This document shows positions 12,601 through 26,100 of a stretch of 64,000 nt of DNA, piece by piece (position 1 is the first letter of the stretch; the number at the start of each line of letters is the position of its first letter). The notes below the pieces were generated by a model that searched no databases, was not told where the DNA came from, and worked only from the letters and a program-made list of their open reading frames with translations. The DNA comes from the human T2T-CHM13v2.0 reference genome, Homo sapiens, in the NCBI RefSeq assembly GCF_009914755.1, contig NC_060926.1. One strand, 5' to 3'. Both the position numbers and the translations under genes were made by a program.

Positions 12601-13891
12601 GTTTCCTTCAGGGCCAAGGGCTCTTCAGTCAGCTTGTGGTAAATGCTGGTGGCTGGGACACTCCCTTCAGGGCAGTGGACTACCCTCTGGCCCAGTGCAG
12701 ATTCAGAAATGCCATTCAATACCAAGTCCTGGAATCAGAGACCCCAAGAGCCCACTTGGTGTCTACCCACTTGTGGCCAGGCTAGTACCTAAGGTGCAAG
12801 ACAAAGTCTCTTTCACTATTCCCTCTGCTTTTCTCAAGATGGAGTCTCACATCAAAGCCACAACAGCTGGGAATGTGCTCAGTCTCACCTGAAACCAGCA
12901 AGTCTCTGACCCTCAATGTAGTACCTGGGTATATTGTTGGTTATTCAGAGCCCAAGGGCTCTTCAGTTTGCAGGTGATAAATCCTACCAGGACTGGATCC
13001 TTCCCTTCAAGACACTGGGTTCCCTTCTGGCCCAGAGTGTCTAGAAAAGTTGCACAGGAACTAGGACCTGAAATGACAGCCTCACAACTCTTGACCAGTG
13101 CCTATCCTGCTGTGGCTGAGTTGGTATCCAAAGTGCAAGACAGTCCCCCCACTCTTCCCGCTGCTCTGCTCAAGTAGTAGGAAGGAGTCTCTTTTGGAGC
13201 TGTGAGCTGTGCAGCCTGGGGTTAAAGGAGGGATGATGTCAGCACTGCCTTACCTTCCCTGGCTGTCTTAGTAGTTTGTGTGCCCTCTCAGTCCTCTGGT
13301 TCTAGGCCCAGTTCAACCCTAGGACTCACCTAAAAGTTGTAATCCTTGTTGTCTAAGCTGCCTTTCAAGTTTATCAGAGCCCCGGAGGAGAGCTTTAGCC
13401 CACAATGGCAAGGCTTTCAGGAAGTCAAATTCTGCCTGCTGGAATTGGCAATTTTCCTCTGTCTAGGGCTTGTTTAAATGCTTAAATGCTCCCTCCATGG
13501 GTGGATGCCAGCTGAGTTTGATCCAGTTTTGCTTTCTTCTATAACAGGATAGCACTGTGTTCAATGCCTCAAAATTGCTGCACTCTCCCTCTCTCTATTG
13601 CACAGAAACACTCCACACCACACTGCTGCTGCCAGAGAATGAGGGAAGAGTGGTGTCTGTAATTTGAGACTGTTTTCTCTACCTCTTCAGTACCTCTTTC
13701 AGTGATATGAAGTTAAAACCAACTACGATTGCTCATCTGACTTTTTGATCTTATAAAGGTTTCTGTTCGTTTGTGTTTGTTTGTTTTTTAGTGTAGATAG
13801 TTGTTAAATTGATATCCTTGTGGTTGAGATGACAGGAGAGGTTTCTCTTCTGCCATCTTGATCCATCCCTCTCCTCTATTTTTAGTTTTTT

Positions 13892-14310
13892 GAGGAACTC
13901 TATACAATTTTCCATAATGGCTGTACTAATTTGTATTCCTATCAACTGAGTAATCAATTTCCCATTTGCCCACATCCTGGCCAACACTGTTATCTTTCAT
14001 CTTTTTCAAAATATGCATTCTGACAGGTACTAGATAAGAGCTTATGGTTTTAATGGGCATTTCTCTAATGATTAGTGATGTTGAGCATTTTTTAATTTAT
14101 CCATTGACCTCTTGTATGTTTTCTTTTGAAAAATACCTATTCAGGTCCCTTGTCCAGTTTTAAATAATGTTGTTTTCTTTCTATAGAGTGTTTTGAGTTA
14201 CTTATATATTTTGTATATTAACCCCTTATCTGATGCATGGCTTTCAGAAATGTTTCCTGAATCTGTAGTTTGTCTCTTCACTCTGTTAATTGTTTCTTTT
14301 GTTGTGTATT
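13892..14310 (-). mobile_element. Old L1MA, third piece (continuation of 1863-2034)
   Basis: 'gaggaactctatacaattttccataatggctgtactaattt' is the sequence expected directly after '...attctatttttagttttt' in L1MA. Confidence 0.8.
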
Positions 14311-17139
14311 TTATTTTTTTCTTTAACTAGACTACATTATTGTGGTTGGTTGTTTAAAATATCTCCTTCAACATACTTACTAGTCCTCCAAGATATCATT
14401 ACAATAAGTACCCAAATCTTTATCTCGAACATACCCTCCTCACCAGGCAAAAAGTAATGGACATTTTCTGTAGTCTTAAGTGATTATTCCTGATTAATGT
14501 TTATGCCATATTGATTTTGCAAGAAGTTAACTTCTGTCATTCTCCGCAACATGTTCAACAAATAATGCCATTAAGCAGCCTTGGAAAAATATATTCCTAT
14601 AAAAGTCTTTCATCTGTAAGGTAAAAATAACTTATAAGATTATATAGTATATTTGAAGAAGTCTGGTAAGTACACATTATGTCTTTCTTACCTTCTCTGA
14701 TTTGATTGGGAAATAAATAGCATTTAAGCATGCAATAAAAAAGATTGTCTTCAGAGAGCAATTATGTATAAGATCACATTTATGAATACTATACTATGAT
14801 CAATTTAATATCTTTTGTGGAAAAGTCAATTATTAAAATAAGCATTTTACCTTATTTAGATTAAAAAGAGAAAAATGCTTTGGTGACAAAGAAAACATAT
14901 TTATAAACCAAGTAAATAAATATGGGAATATAAGTGCTTATAAATTGTGCATTGCTCTGTTAAATGAACCATTTAAAGGAGACAGAACTAGTTGCCATAG
15001 CTATTTTATAAAATCAAACATCGATTTCAGTTTACTTTTGTATCCTTGTAGTAGAACTTAATAAGACCAGTAACTCACATTTTATCAGTTCAATTGATTG
15101 AAACTGGATTTTTGCTTTTAAATCACATGTTAAGATTGCAAAGAGATGAAACTTGCCTCAAATACCTTATTTTATTTCTACTCATGTTGGACATGAGTGC
15201 CTTTATCTTTTAATTATGAGACACATTTTTCTTTTTTTTGTTTTTCAACATCCTTTCTGCTTTCCAGGTTTACCATTTTAGAATGTACCATTGACTAGAC
15301 TTTCCATTCCAAACTAGTATCTTCAAAATACTCAGTGAAATTTATCAGTTCTGTATCTTCAGGAAATACAGCTGGGCCTTCCTTGGCCAAAATGTAAACT
15401 ATCTGCTCCAGTTCTCTAGGCTTTTTTTTCTATTATCCTATTTTTTTCCAGGTGTTTTTGTTTGTTTGTTTTCTCACCTAACCAGTATACATTTCACCCA
15501 CTAAACACTTGTGTCACAAATATAGAATCTCTTCCTTTTTTAGACAGTATTTTTTAAAGAACATTTATTTATTTTTGTTAGCTATTGACAAATTATAATT
15601 GTATGCACTTACGGAGTACAAAGTGATGCTATAATATTTGTATACAATATGGAATGATTGAATTGAGCTAATTAACATAACCATCACCTCAAAAATTATT
15701 TATTTCTCCTGTCTAAATGAAACACTGTACTCTTTTATCAATATCCACCTATTACCCTCCCCCACAGTCGCTGGTTTCTGGTAACCACAGTTCTGCTTTC
15801 TTCCGTGTTAGCTTCTTAGCTTCCACATACAAGAACATGTGGCCTTTGTCTTTCTATAGCTGGCTTATTTTACTTAGCATAATGTCCTCCACACTCATAT
15901 ATGTTGTTGCAAATGATATAATTTCCCTCTTTGTAAAGGCTGAATAGAATTTCATTCTGTGTATATACTACGTTTTTGTCCATTAATTGACTGATGAAGG
16001 TTTATTCCAAAACTTGACAATTATAAATACAGCTACAATAAACATGGAAGTGCAGGTATCTCCTTGACATATTGATTTCAAATCCTTTAGATATACTAGT
16101 GAAATTGTATTTTTACTTTTTTCAGAAGCCTCCATACAGTGTTCACCAATGGTTGTACCAAATTACATTCCCAACGATAGTCTAGTAGGGTTCTCTTTCT
16201 CCACACCCTCCCCTACACTTGTTATCTTTCATCTTTTTGATAATAGCTATCCTGATAAGTGTAAGGACATACCTCATTGTTTTAATATGCATTTCCCCAA
16301 TGATTAGAGATGTCGAACATTTTTTAAATGTATCTGTCGGCCATTTGAATGTCTTCTTTTAAGAAATATCTGCTCTGCTCATTTGCCCATTTTTTAAATC
16401 AGGTTATTTGTTTGCTTTCTATTGAATTGTTTGCATTTCATATATATTTTGAATATTAACTCCTTATTAGATGTATGGCTTGCAAATATTTTCTCTCAAT
16501 TCATAGGCTGCATCTTCATTCTGTTAATTTTTTTCTTTACCCTACAGAAGTTTTAAGTGTGATATAATCCTATTTCTCTATTTTTGGTTTTGTTCCCTGA
16601 GCTATCATGGTCAAACGTAAAACATTGTCCAGACAATTGTTGTATAGTTTTCCCCTGTTCTTTTTCTCTTTTAGTAGTTTTACAGTTTCACTTTTTACAT
16701 CAATTTTTAACCCAGTTTGAGTCGCTTTTGTATATGGCATGAGATGAGGGTTCAATTTTATTCTTTTGCATGTGAATACCCAAATTTCCCCATATCCTTT
16801 ATTGAAGAGACTGTCTTTTTTCTATATTGTGTTTTAGACACCTTTATCAAAAATCAATTGACAGTGAATAAATGGGGTTTTTTTTTTTTGGCTCTCTATT
16901 CTGTTCCATTGGTTGATGGATGTGTCTATTCTTATGCCAGTACCATGCTGTTTTAATTACTATCATTTTGTAATATATTTTGAATTCAGATAGTGTAATG
17001 CCTCCAGCTTTGTTTGTTTCAGGATGCAAGATTGTCTTGGAAATTTGTACTTTTTTGTGGTTTTATATAAATTTTAGTTATTTTTCCATTTCTGTGAAAA
17101 ATGAATTTACATTTCGGTAGAATTTTCATCAATATGTAG

Positions 17140-17478
<339 letters not shown>

Positions 17479-19855
17479 TAACAATATTAATTCTTCCAAC
17501 CTGTGAACATAAAATATCTTTACATTTACTTGTGTCATCAATTTCTTTCATCAAAGCTTTGAAATTTTTAGTGTGCAAATCCTTCACATCCTTGGTTAAA
17601 TGTATTTCTAAGCACTTTTTATTCTTAGTAGCTGCTGTAAATGAAATATATTTCTTCATTTCTGTTTCACATTGTTCATTGTTAGTGCATAGAAACACTA
17701 CTGACTTTTATATGTTGATTTTTTTTATCCTGCAACTTTACTATATTCATTTATTAGTTCTAACAGTTTTTTTTGGAGTCTTTAGGTTTTCATACATAAG
17801 ATCATGTCATCACCAAACATGAACAATTTTCTTAATCTTTTCCCATTTGGAAGTATTTTATTTGTTTCTCTTACCTAATTGTTCTGGCAAGGAGCGCTAT
17901 AGTCACTTTCAGCACTATAGTGAAGAGGTGAAATTAGACATTCATGTCTTGTTTCTGATCTTATAGGGAAAGTTGCCATTGTTTTCATCATTAAGTATAA
18001 TGTTAGCTGTGGCTTGTCATGCATGGCTTTCATTGTGTTGAGGTACATTCCTTCTATAGCTAATCCATTGGGAGATTTTATCATGAAAGGATGCTGAATT
18101 TTGTCAAAAGCTTTTTCTGCCTCTAATGAGATTGATCATATGGTTTTTGCCCTTCATTCTATTAATGAGGTATATCATTCTTATAAATTTGGATTATGTT
18201 GAATCATCCTTGCATCCCTGTGATAAATTCTACTTGATCATATTAAATGATTAAATGATTCATTTAATACACTGTTGATTAGATATTGCTAACATTTTGT
18301 TCGGGATTTTTGCATTTATTTTCATTTGGGATATTGGCCTGCAATTGTTTTTCTTATAATGTCCTTGTCTGGCTTTGGTACCAGGATGATTCTACCCTCA
18401 TAAAAAAAAAATTGGAAATACTCATTTTTGTAAGAGTTTGAGATGGATTTATATTAGTTCTCCTTTAAGTGGTAGAAATAAGTAAAGCCATCAGATCCTG
18501 AACATTTACTTCATGGGAGACTTTATTACTGATTCTCCCTTTAATGGTTATTTTTTATATATTTTCTATTTCTTCATGATTCAGACTGAATAAGTTGTAT
18601 GTATCTACGAATTTATCCATTTCTTCTAATTTATTTATTGGTTGGCATACAATTATTCAAAGTAATCTCTTATGATTCTTATATAGCTATACTATCAGTT
18701 GTAATTTTTCTCTTTTTTCTGACTTTAGTTATTTGAATTGACTCTCTTTTTTGTTAGTCTAGGTGAAGTTTCATTGACTATGTTTATCTTCTCAAAAAAC
18801 TTATTGATTTCATAGATTTTCTTCTATTGTTTTTCTAGTCTCTATTTGATTTATTTCTTTTCTAACATTTATTTTCTTATTTCTTCTAACTTTGGGCTTA
18901 ATTTTTTCTTCTTTTTTCTTTTATTTGAGGTGTAACATTAAGTTATTCATTTGAGATTTTTAAATATAGAGCTGTTTTTGTTGTATCCCATAAGTTTTGG
19001 TATGTTGTGCTTCCATTATTGTTTGTCTTAAGTTTTTAAAAATGTCCCTTTTGATTTCTTCTTGACCCATTGGTTATTCAAGAATATATTGTTTAATTTC
19101 CACATATTTGTGAATTTTCCAAGATTTCTTCTGTTTTTGATTTATAATTGCATACACTTGGATTAGAAAAAATATTTGATATGTTTTCAATTTCTTCAAT
19201 CTGTTCAGACTTGTTTTGTAGCCTAAGATGTAATCTATCCTGGAGAATGTTCCATGTTCCCTTTCAAAGAACATGTATTCTGTTAAATGGAATGTTCTGT
19301 ATATGTCTATTACATCCGTTTGGTCTAAGGATATTTCAAAGCTAATGTTTTCTTATTTATTTTCTGTCTGAATGATTTGTCCATTGTTGAAAGTAGGGAA
19401 CTGAAATCCTCACTCTGATTGTATTGCATTTGATATCTCCCTTCAGATCCTTTAAGATTTCCCGTACATATTTAGGTGTTCCAACGTTGGGTGTATTATG
19501 TATTTACACTTGTTATATCTTCCTGATAGATTTATCCTTAAACATTATGTAATAACCTTCTTTATCTTTTTTTACTGTGTTTGATTTAAAGCCTACTTTA
19601 AGTATAGCTAACCTTGGTCTCTCTCTTTTGGTTTTCATTTGCATAGAATATTATTTTTCATCCCCTCACTTTCAGTCTATGTGTGGCCTTAAATGTGAGT
19701 TGAGTCTATCTGGGTAGCATAGAGCTGGGTCTTGTTTTTTAAATCAAGTCAGTGACTCTATGTCTTTTTATTGGACAATTTAATTCATTTACATTCAAAG
19801 TAATTAGTGATAGGTAAGAACCTACTACTACCATTTTGTAATTTATTTTCTGCTT

Positions 19856-21360
19856 TTTTGAGCTTTTATATTTGTTTACTTATTATTTAATTTTAAAAAC
19901 ATTATTATAATTGAGTACTAAAACAAAAACAATAGCAGGTAGTGAACACATTATGATTACAATCCTTCATTCACTCACTACTGCTCATCAAATGCCAGGA
20001 GTGAGTGTTACTCACTGGTCCGTTTATGAAGTTTGGCAGTGAACACCACCTCTGGGATGATGTTTATCATCCTCACATGTTTCTCCATTGTAATAGTGCT
20101 GTTTTTCCTGATTTGAATCAAAATACACCAGTTCTAACTTGATCCATTTCATCAATCTCTTCTATTTCCTTCCTGTCAGGTAGGAGTTTACCCAACTAAG
20201 AGAGCTTATCATGAGACAGAAAACCATTCTCAGGAAAGTTTACCTTGAATTTGATGATTAGGTGATGCTTTTCATATGGTCTATGAAAAACTGGCATGAC
20301 TTCATTTAGCACACATTTGATATCTCCATATTTGACAATGTGACCTGGGTGAGAGGTGATGACTATAGTTCAGTAGTCAAGAGTGGATATTGGTTTTTGG
20401 AAACCACACAACATTTTAACCAGCTGTCTGTCCATAGACATAAACTAGTCTTCTTGTCAAGTAAAAACAGCATGGTCCTTTTCATCTAACTCAATGATAA
20501 TATCTCCTGGCTCCAATCCTGGTTCTTTGTCTCTTTCACCATGAAATGTTATCTTCTGGCCATATTTCATGTCTTTGTCAACATGAACTTCTAGAATCTT
20601 TTCCCCTCAAACTATCCTTCTTCCATTTCAGTGTTTACATCTGTCTTTAGGACTGATTCATTCTCCATGACCGTGGCACTCCATGCATACATAGAGACTA
20701 AGTATGCTGAACCATCCCAGGCCCTATTGCATGAATTCTTATTTACAGTCCAGTAACTTGGCAACTGGGACAACACTATACTTCTCTTTTTTTCCCCACT
20801 TCTGTCTTCACATTAGTCACAAATTACATTCTTGTGAAGTACCAATTTTCTTGTTGTACCATCACATACATTTTTTAAGGTTTTGAGAGCTGATGCACAA
20901 CAATGTTACTCCTCTTTCCTCTCTGCATTCTTCTTCCTCCATAAATAATTATATTGAAGATGTCCATAGGGGACCCAGAACTGCCACTTGCTCAGCCCTC
21001 TTATTTACCTGTTATCTTCCTTTGTTATACAATTCCCTTTTCGTGGCATCAGAAATAACTTTGTAAACTTGAGAAATCTGTTTAAACTTCTCTCCATTTG
21101 GATTTTTATCAGGGTGGTACTTCAAGGCCAGTTTCCTATAAGCCTTTTTCAGTTCTTCCTTAGTGGTACTTTGTTTGACCCTCCAAAAATCATGGAAACT
21201 GGTTTATTTCACCATTTTCTACAGCTACTGAGTAGGATGAGGCCAGTGTGAGAAAGCGGAAAGGACTGTAGTAACTTTTTGAAGCTCGGGCAGTTTCCAC
21301 TTCTCTACATCTCACTGAGTATTCTGGAAAGTTCGGCCCGGTGAACTGAAGCCCTTGTCT
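19856..21360 (-). pseudogene. DNAJA1P: Processed pseudogene of DNAJA1 (Hsp40): 5' UTR, whole CDS (20024-21215) and proximal 3' UTR
   Basis: The minus strand reads ATG GTG AAA TAA (nonsense at codon 4), then [18 protein letters not shown] (J-domain HPD motif), SPMDIF, VVHQLS, IHAIGPGMVQH, CMECHGHGE (zinc-finger repeat), [23 protein letters not shown] and ends [12 protein letters not shown]-stop (CAAX box). It is intronless, has a short A remnant at 19854-19859 and a degenerate TSD TTT(AT/GT)(T/C)TTCTGCTT at 19842-19855 and 21361-21374. The pseudogene number cannot be determined here. Confidence 0.96.
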
Positions 21361-22356
21361 TTTGTCTTCTGCTTGTGTTTTATATACATTTTTTCTTCCT
21401 CTATTGCCATCATCATTTGTGACTTAATGGTTTTCTGTAGTGAATTGTTTATATTTATATTTTAAAAATCTAGTACAGATATTTGCCTTTTTGTTATAAG
21501 ACTTGCATAAAACATACTTATAACAAACTATTTTAAGCTGATAACAATTTAACTTTGATTGCATTTGCTTTTGTAGAGTTACAAAACTCTACACTTTTAT
21601 TATACCCACATTTTATGTTTTTGATGTCAAAATTTACATTATTATATAATTTGTATTCCTTGAAAATTAAATTTTACCTATTGTTGTTTTGATGTATTTT
21701 TATTAACTATCATACTGAGATAAAACTGGTTTAAACATCACCATATCAGAGTATATTGAATATGATTCTGTATTTCTTCTACCATGAATTTTTATGCTTT
21801 TGTATGTTCAAGTTAATAATTAGTGGTCTTGGTGCATTTTAAAGAAGGTCCTCTAGTCATTCCGGTAGGTCAGGCCTAGTGTTAGTGAACTATCTTAGTG
21901 ATATGATTTGGCTGTGTCTTCACCCATATCTCACCTTGAATTGTAATAATCTCCATGTGTCAAGAGCAGGGCCAGGTGGAGATAATTGAATCATGGGGGC
22001 AGTTTTCCCCATACTGTTGTCACGATAGTGAATAAGTCTTATGAGATCTGATTGTTTTATAAATGGGAGTTTCCCTGCCCAGGCTCTCTTGCCTGCCACC
22101 ATGTAAGACGTGATTTTGCTCCTCCTTTGCCTTCTGCCATGATTGTGAGGCCTCCCCAGCCATGTGGAACTGTGAGTCAACTAAATCTCTTTCCTTTATA
22201 AATTACCCAGTCCCTCATATGTCTTTATTAGCAGCGTGAGAACAGACTAATACAGTAAATTGGTACCAGGAACTAGTGGGGTACTGCTATAAGGATACCC
22301 AAAAATGGGGAAGAGACTTTGGAATTGGGTAACAGGAAGAGGTTGGAATACATCAG

Positions 22357-22584
22357 AGGGCTTAGAAGAAGGCAGGAAAATGTGGGAAAGTTTAGAGCTT
22401 TCTGGAGACTTGGAGGGGTCAGAAGAGGATAGGAAGATGTGGGAAAGTTTGGAACTTCCTAGAGACTTGGAGGGCTCAGAAGAACAGAGGAAGATATGTG
22501 AAAGTTTGGAACTTCCTAGAGACTTGGAGGGCTCAGAAGAACAGAGGAAGATGTGGGAAAGTTTGGAACTTCCTACAGACTTGT
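22357..22584 (+). repeat. 57-bp tandem repeat, 4 copies, in the THE1 internal region
   Basis: Unit gagggctcagaagaa..caggaagatgtgggaaagtttggaacttcctagagacttg, visible as a 19-aa periodicity in ORF 22305-22679. Confidence 0.92.
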
Positions 22585-22772
22585 TGAATGCCTTTGACCA
22601 AAATGCTGATAGTGATATGGACAATGAAGTCCAGGCTGAGGTGTTCTCAGATGAAGATGAGGAACTTGTTGGGAACTGAAGTAAAGGTCACTGTTGCTGT
22701 GCGTAGAGATTGGCATCATTTCTCCCATGCCCTACAAGTCTGTGGGACTTTGAACTTGAGAGAGATGATTTA

Positions 22773-23198
<426 letters not shown>

Positions 23199-26100
23199 TC
23201 AAGCTGGCTGCAGAAATTGGCATAAGTAAGGAAGAGCCAAATGTTAATCACCATGACAATGGGGAAAATGTCTCCAGGCCATGTCAGAGACCTTCATCTG
23301 CAGCCCCTCCCATCATAGGTCCAGAAGCCTTGAAGTAATAAATGGTTTTGTGGGCTAGGCCCAGGGCCCCCTGCTGTGTGCAGCCCAGGGACTTGGTGCC
23401 CTGAATCCCAACTGCTTCACATCCAGCCATAGCAAAAAGGGGCCAAGTATGGCTCAGGCCATTGCTTCAGAGGGTGCAGGTGCAAGACCCATGCCTTGGC
23501 AGATTATACCTGGTGTTGGGCCTGCAGGTGCACAGAAGTCAAGAACTGAGGTTTGGAAAACTCCACCTAGCGTGCAGAAGATGTATGAAAATGCCTGGAT
23601 GTCCAGGCAGAGATGTGCTGCGGGGACGTAGTCCTCATGAAAAATCTTTGTGAGGGCAGTGCAGAAGGGAAAGTGGGATGGGAGCCCCCACACAGGGTCC
23701 CCATTGGTGCACTGCCTAGTGGAGCTGTGAGAAGAGGGCCACTGTCCTCCAGACCCCAGAATGGTAGAGCCACTGACAGCTTTCACTGCACCTGGAAAAG
23801 CTGCAGACAACGCCAGCCTGTGAAAGCAGCTGGGAGGGGACTGTACTCTGCAAAGCCACAGGGGTGGCACTGCCTAAGCCCATGGGAGCCCAACTCTTGC
23901 ACCAGCGTGACCTGGATGTGAGACATAGAGTCAAAGTAGATCATTTTGGAACTTTAAGGTGTAATGACTGCCCTATTGGGTTTTGGACTTGCATGGGACC
24001 TGTAGCCCCTTCATTTTGGCCAATTTCTCCTATTTGAAACATGTGTAATTACCCAATGCCTGTACCCCAATTGTATCTACGAAGTAAGTAACTTGCTTTT
24101 GATTTTACAGGCTCATAGGCAGAAGGGACTTGCCTTGTGTCAGATGAGACTTTGGACTGTGGACTTTTGAGTTAGTGTTGAAATGAGATAAGACTTTGGG
24201 GGACTGTTGGGAAGGCATGATTGTGTTTTTAAATGTGAAAAGGGACATGAAATGTGGGAGGGGTCAGGGGCAGAATGATATGGTTAGGCTGTGTCCTCAT
24301 CCAAATCTCACCTTGAAGTGTAATAATCCCCTCTTGTCCAGGGTGGGGCCAAATAGAGATAATTGAATCACAGGGGTGGTTTCCTCCATATTGTTCTAAT
24401 TGTAGTCAGTAAGTCTCATGAGAGCTGATGGTTTTATAAATGGGAGTCCCCCTTCACAAATTCTCTTGCCTGCCACCACGTAAGATGTGACTTTTCCCCT
24501 CCTTTACCTTCTGCCATAATTGTGAGGCCTCCCCAAGCATGTGGAACTGTGAGTCAATTAAACCACTTTACTTTATAAATTATCCAATCTCAGTTATGTC
24601 TTTATTAGCAGCATGAGAACAGACTAATACACTTAGCTTTTGTTTATCTGGACGTCTTTATTTTTGTCTTATTTCTGAAAGACAACTTTGTTGGATAAAA
24701 TATTCATGGTTGGCATTTTTTTTTTTCCTTTAGCAGTTTGAATATATTACTTCAGTCTTGCCTGGGCTCTGAGGTTTCTGCTGAACCATTCTCTTATAGC
24801 CATATTGGGACTGTTTTCTATGTGATATGTTCCTTATCTCTTGCTATTTTCATAACTTTTTTCTATGTCTTTGATGTTTGATAGTTTGATTATTATGTCC
24901 CATGGCAATCTCTTCTTTTGGTTGAATTTAACTGGAGAATTTGGGGATTCTTGCACATAGTCGTTGGCATTGTTACTTAGATTTGGGAAAATTTTAGCTA
25001 TTATTTCTTTAAACATGTTTTCTGGCCCTTTTATCCATCTTCTCCTTCTTAAAATCCTATTATGCATGGATTAGGCCTCTTGATGATGTTCAGTAATTTT
25101 CACAGACTTCCTTCATTCTTATTATTTTCTTGGCTTATTTTACTGGTTAATTTCAGATATTCTGTCTTCTAACTTACTAATTCTTTTCTCTGTCTGATCA
25201 AGCCTGTTGAAGCTTTCTATTGCACTTTTTCTTACATCCATTATATTCTTTATCTCTAGGATTTCTATTTGTTAGTTTTTTAATGTTTAAAATTTCTTTA
25301 TTAGTGTTCTCATTTTGTTCATTTATTACTTTCAAATTTCACTTAATATTTTATTATTTTTACATGTATTCTTGAAGCTAATTAAACTTCTTTAAGAGGA
25401 TTATTCTTAATTCTTTGTCTGCCACTTCATAGAACTCCATTTCTTTAGGGTCCGTTATCGGAGTTTTCTTATTTCTTTTCACTTTTTTATTTACTTTATT
25501 GTTAAATTTCTCTTATTGTTTTCTAAATGTAGTTTAGATTTATGGGATACATGTGCATACTTTTTTACATAGGTATATTGTGTACTGGTGGGGATTGGGC
25601 TTCTGGTACATTCGTTAACCAAATATTGAACATTGTACCCAAAAGGTAATTTTTCAAAACTCACCCCATATCTATTACTTTGGAGTCCCTAGTGTCTATT
25701 TTTCTAACTATTTATCTATCTATCCATGTATACCCATTGTTTTGCATCCACTTATAAGTGAGAACATGAGGTATTTGGTTTTCTGTTTCTGCATTATTTT
25801 GCTTAGAATAATGGCCTCTAGCTCTATCCATGTTGCTGCAAAGGACATGAATTTATTCTTTTTATGGCTGGGTAGTATTCCATGGTGTATAGATACAATA
25901 TTTTCTTTATCCAATCAATCTTTGATGGACACTTAGTTGGCTTAATGACTTCACTATTGTAAGTTGTACTGCAATGAATGTATGAGTGCAGATGCCTTTT
26001 AATATAATTATTTCTCTTCTTTTAGGTGCATACACACTCATAGGTTTGCTGGGTCAAATAGGAGTTATATTTTTAGTTCTACAAAAAATCCCTGTACTGT

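Larger units (their letters stand above)
5625..13874 (-). mobile_element. Full-length degenerate L1MA1-3 (3' UTR, ORF2, ORF1, 5' UTR)
   Basis: 3' end 'gtgggttcatagtaggtatatatatttatgggatacatgagat'; ORF2p fragments 8670-8897 (IPKPDK...YGPISLVNIDAKVL, RT region) and 9918-10208 (YAPN...IVGDFNTP, endonuclease); 5' terminus reads GGAGAGGGATGGATCAAGATGGCAGAA on the minus strand, starting at 13874. Confidence 0.92.

Noticed and set aside
20024-21215. Functional DNAJA1 retrogene
   Set aside because: There is a stop at codon 4, further disruptions, and no long minus-strand ORF in the track.
22357-22584. CRISPR-like array
   Set aside because: These are head-to-tail repeats with no unique spacers, inside a THE1 element in mammalian DNA.
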